Under the pieces are notes generated by a model that was not told the DNA's origin, searched no databases, and saw nothing but the letters and a program-made list of their open reading frames with translations. A program made the position numbers and the translations under genes. Source: Betaproteobacteria bacterium (GTDB taxonomy: Bacteria > Pseudomonadota > Gammaproteobacteria > Burkholderiales > SG8-41). From it: DNA of 45,801 nt. The stretch covers positions 1-45,801 of the forward strand of contig JANXRI010000099.1 in the NCBI GenBank assembly GCA_025353085.1, written 5' to 3'. This document shows positions 45,764 to 45,801 of the stretch, in pieces (the stretch's first letter is position 1; every line of letters begins with the position of its first letter).

Positions 45764-45801
45764 GAGTTTCGCTATTACCGTGCCGATGTATAAGTGCCGT
45801 A

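Noticed and set aside
1-45801. Looked for CRISPR arrays, rRNA, tRNA, integrase, phage or defence-system genes (RT, nuclease-helicase pairs, cyclases, and so on).
   Set aside because: No regularly spaced repeats, no tRNA-like T-arm/acceptor pattern and no such proteins were found in the six-frame translations. The only mobile-element trace is the RAYT fragment.

Overview
GC-rich betaproteobacterial (Burkholderiales-like) chromosomal window. The taxon guess rests on three Bug/TctC-type solute receptors, a single lolC-like permease next to lolD, and a phaC-phaB-phaR cluster. Most of the window is a densely packed housekeeping backbone. In order it carries an OYE flavoprotein, a Bug receptor, pyrD, ubiX, lolD and lolC, an RpfE-type protein, recJ, prfB (with its programmed +1 frameshift), lysS and acetoacetyl-CoA synthetase. 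These are followed by bamD, rluD, pgeF, a ZIP metal transporter, phaC-phaB-phaR, rimO, a DinG/YoaA-type helicase, a YfcE-like phosphoesterase, an NlpC/P60 peptidase and a patatin-like lipase. The backbone ends with a Fur-controlled Fe(III) ABC transporter and mltB. No rRNA, tRNA or CRISPR array was recognised. There are four accessory or unusual parts. (1) At 4.7-6.3 kb a small AT-richer insert (DUF2171 gene plus a decayed REP-associated tyrosine transposase fragment) is bracketed by a diverged ~150-180 bp direct duplication of the junction between a TIGR02444-like gene and a vapC toxin gene, next to an intact Phd/YefM-VapC toxin-antitoxin pair. (2) At 34.4-43.9 kb lies an unassigned catabolic-looking cluster. 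It has a molybdenum hydroxylase whose Mo subunit is fused to a C-terminal FAD subunit, a 2Fe-2S subunit, a PcaD-like hydrolase, two Bug receptors, an Ldh_2 dehydrogenase and a long UbiD-family decarboxylase. This is my best candidate for an undescribed system. (3) At 44.1-45.2 kb a chimeric ORF joins a GT4 glycosyltransferase N-domain to an unrelated C-terminal domain. (4) The last ~600 bp have no ORF of 60 aa or more and contain inverted repeats and GC-rich REP-like palindromes. All calls come from reading the translations and the DNA by eye; no database search was possible.
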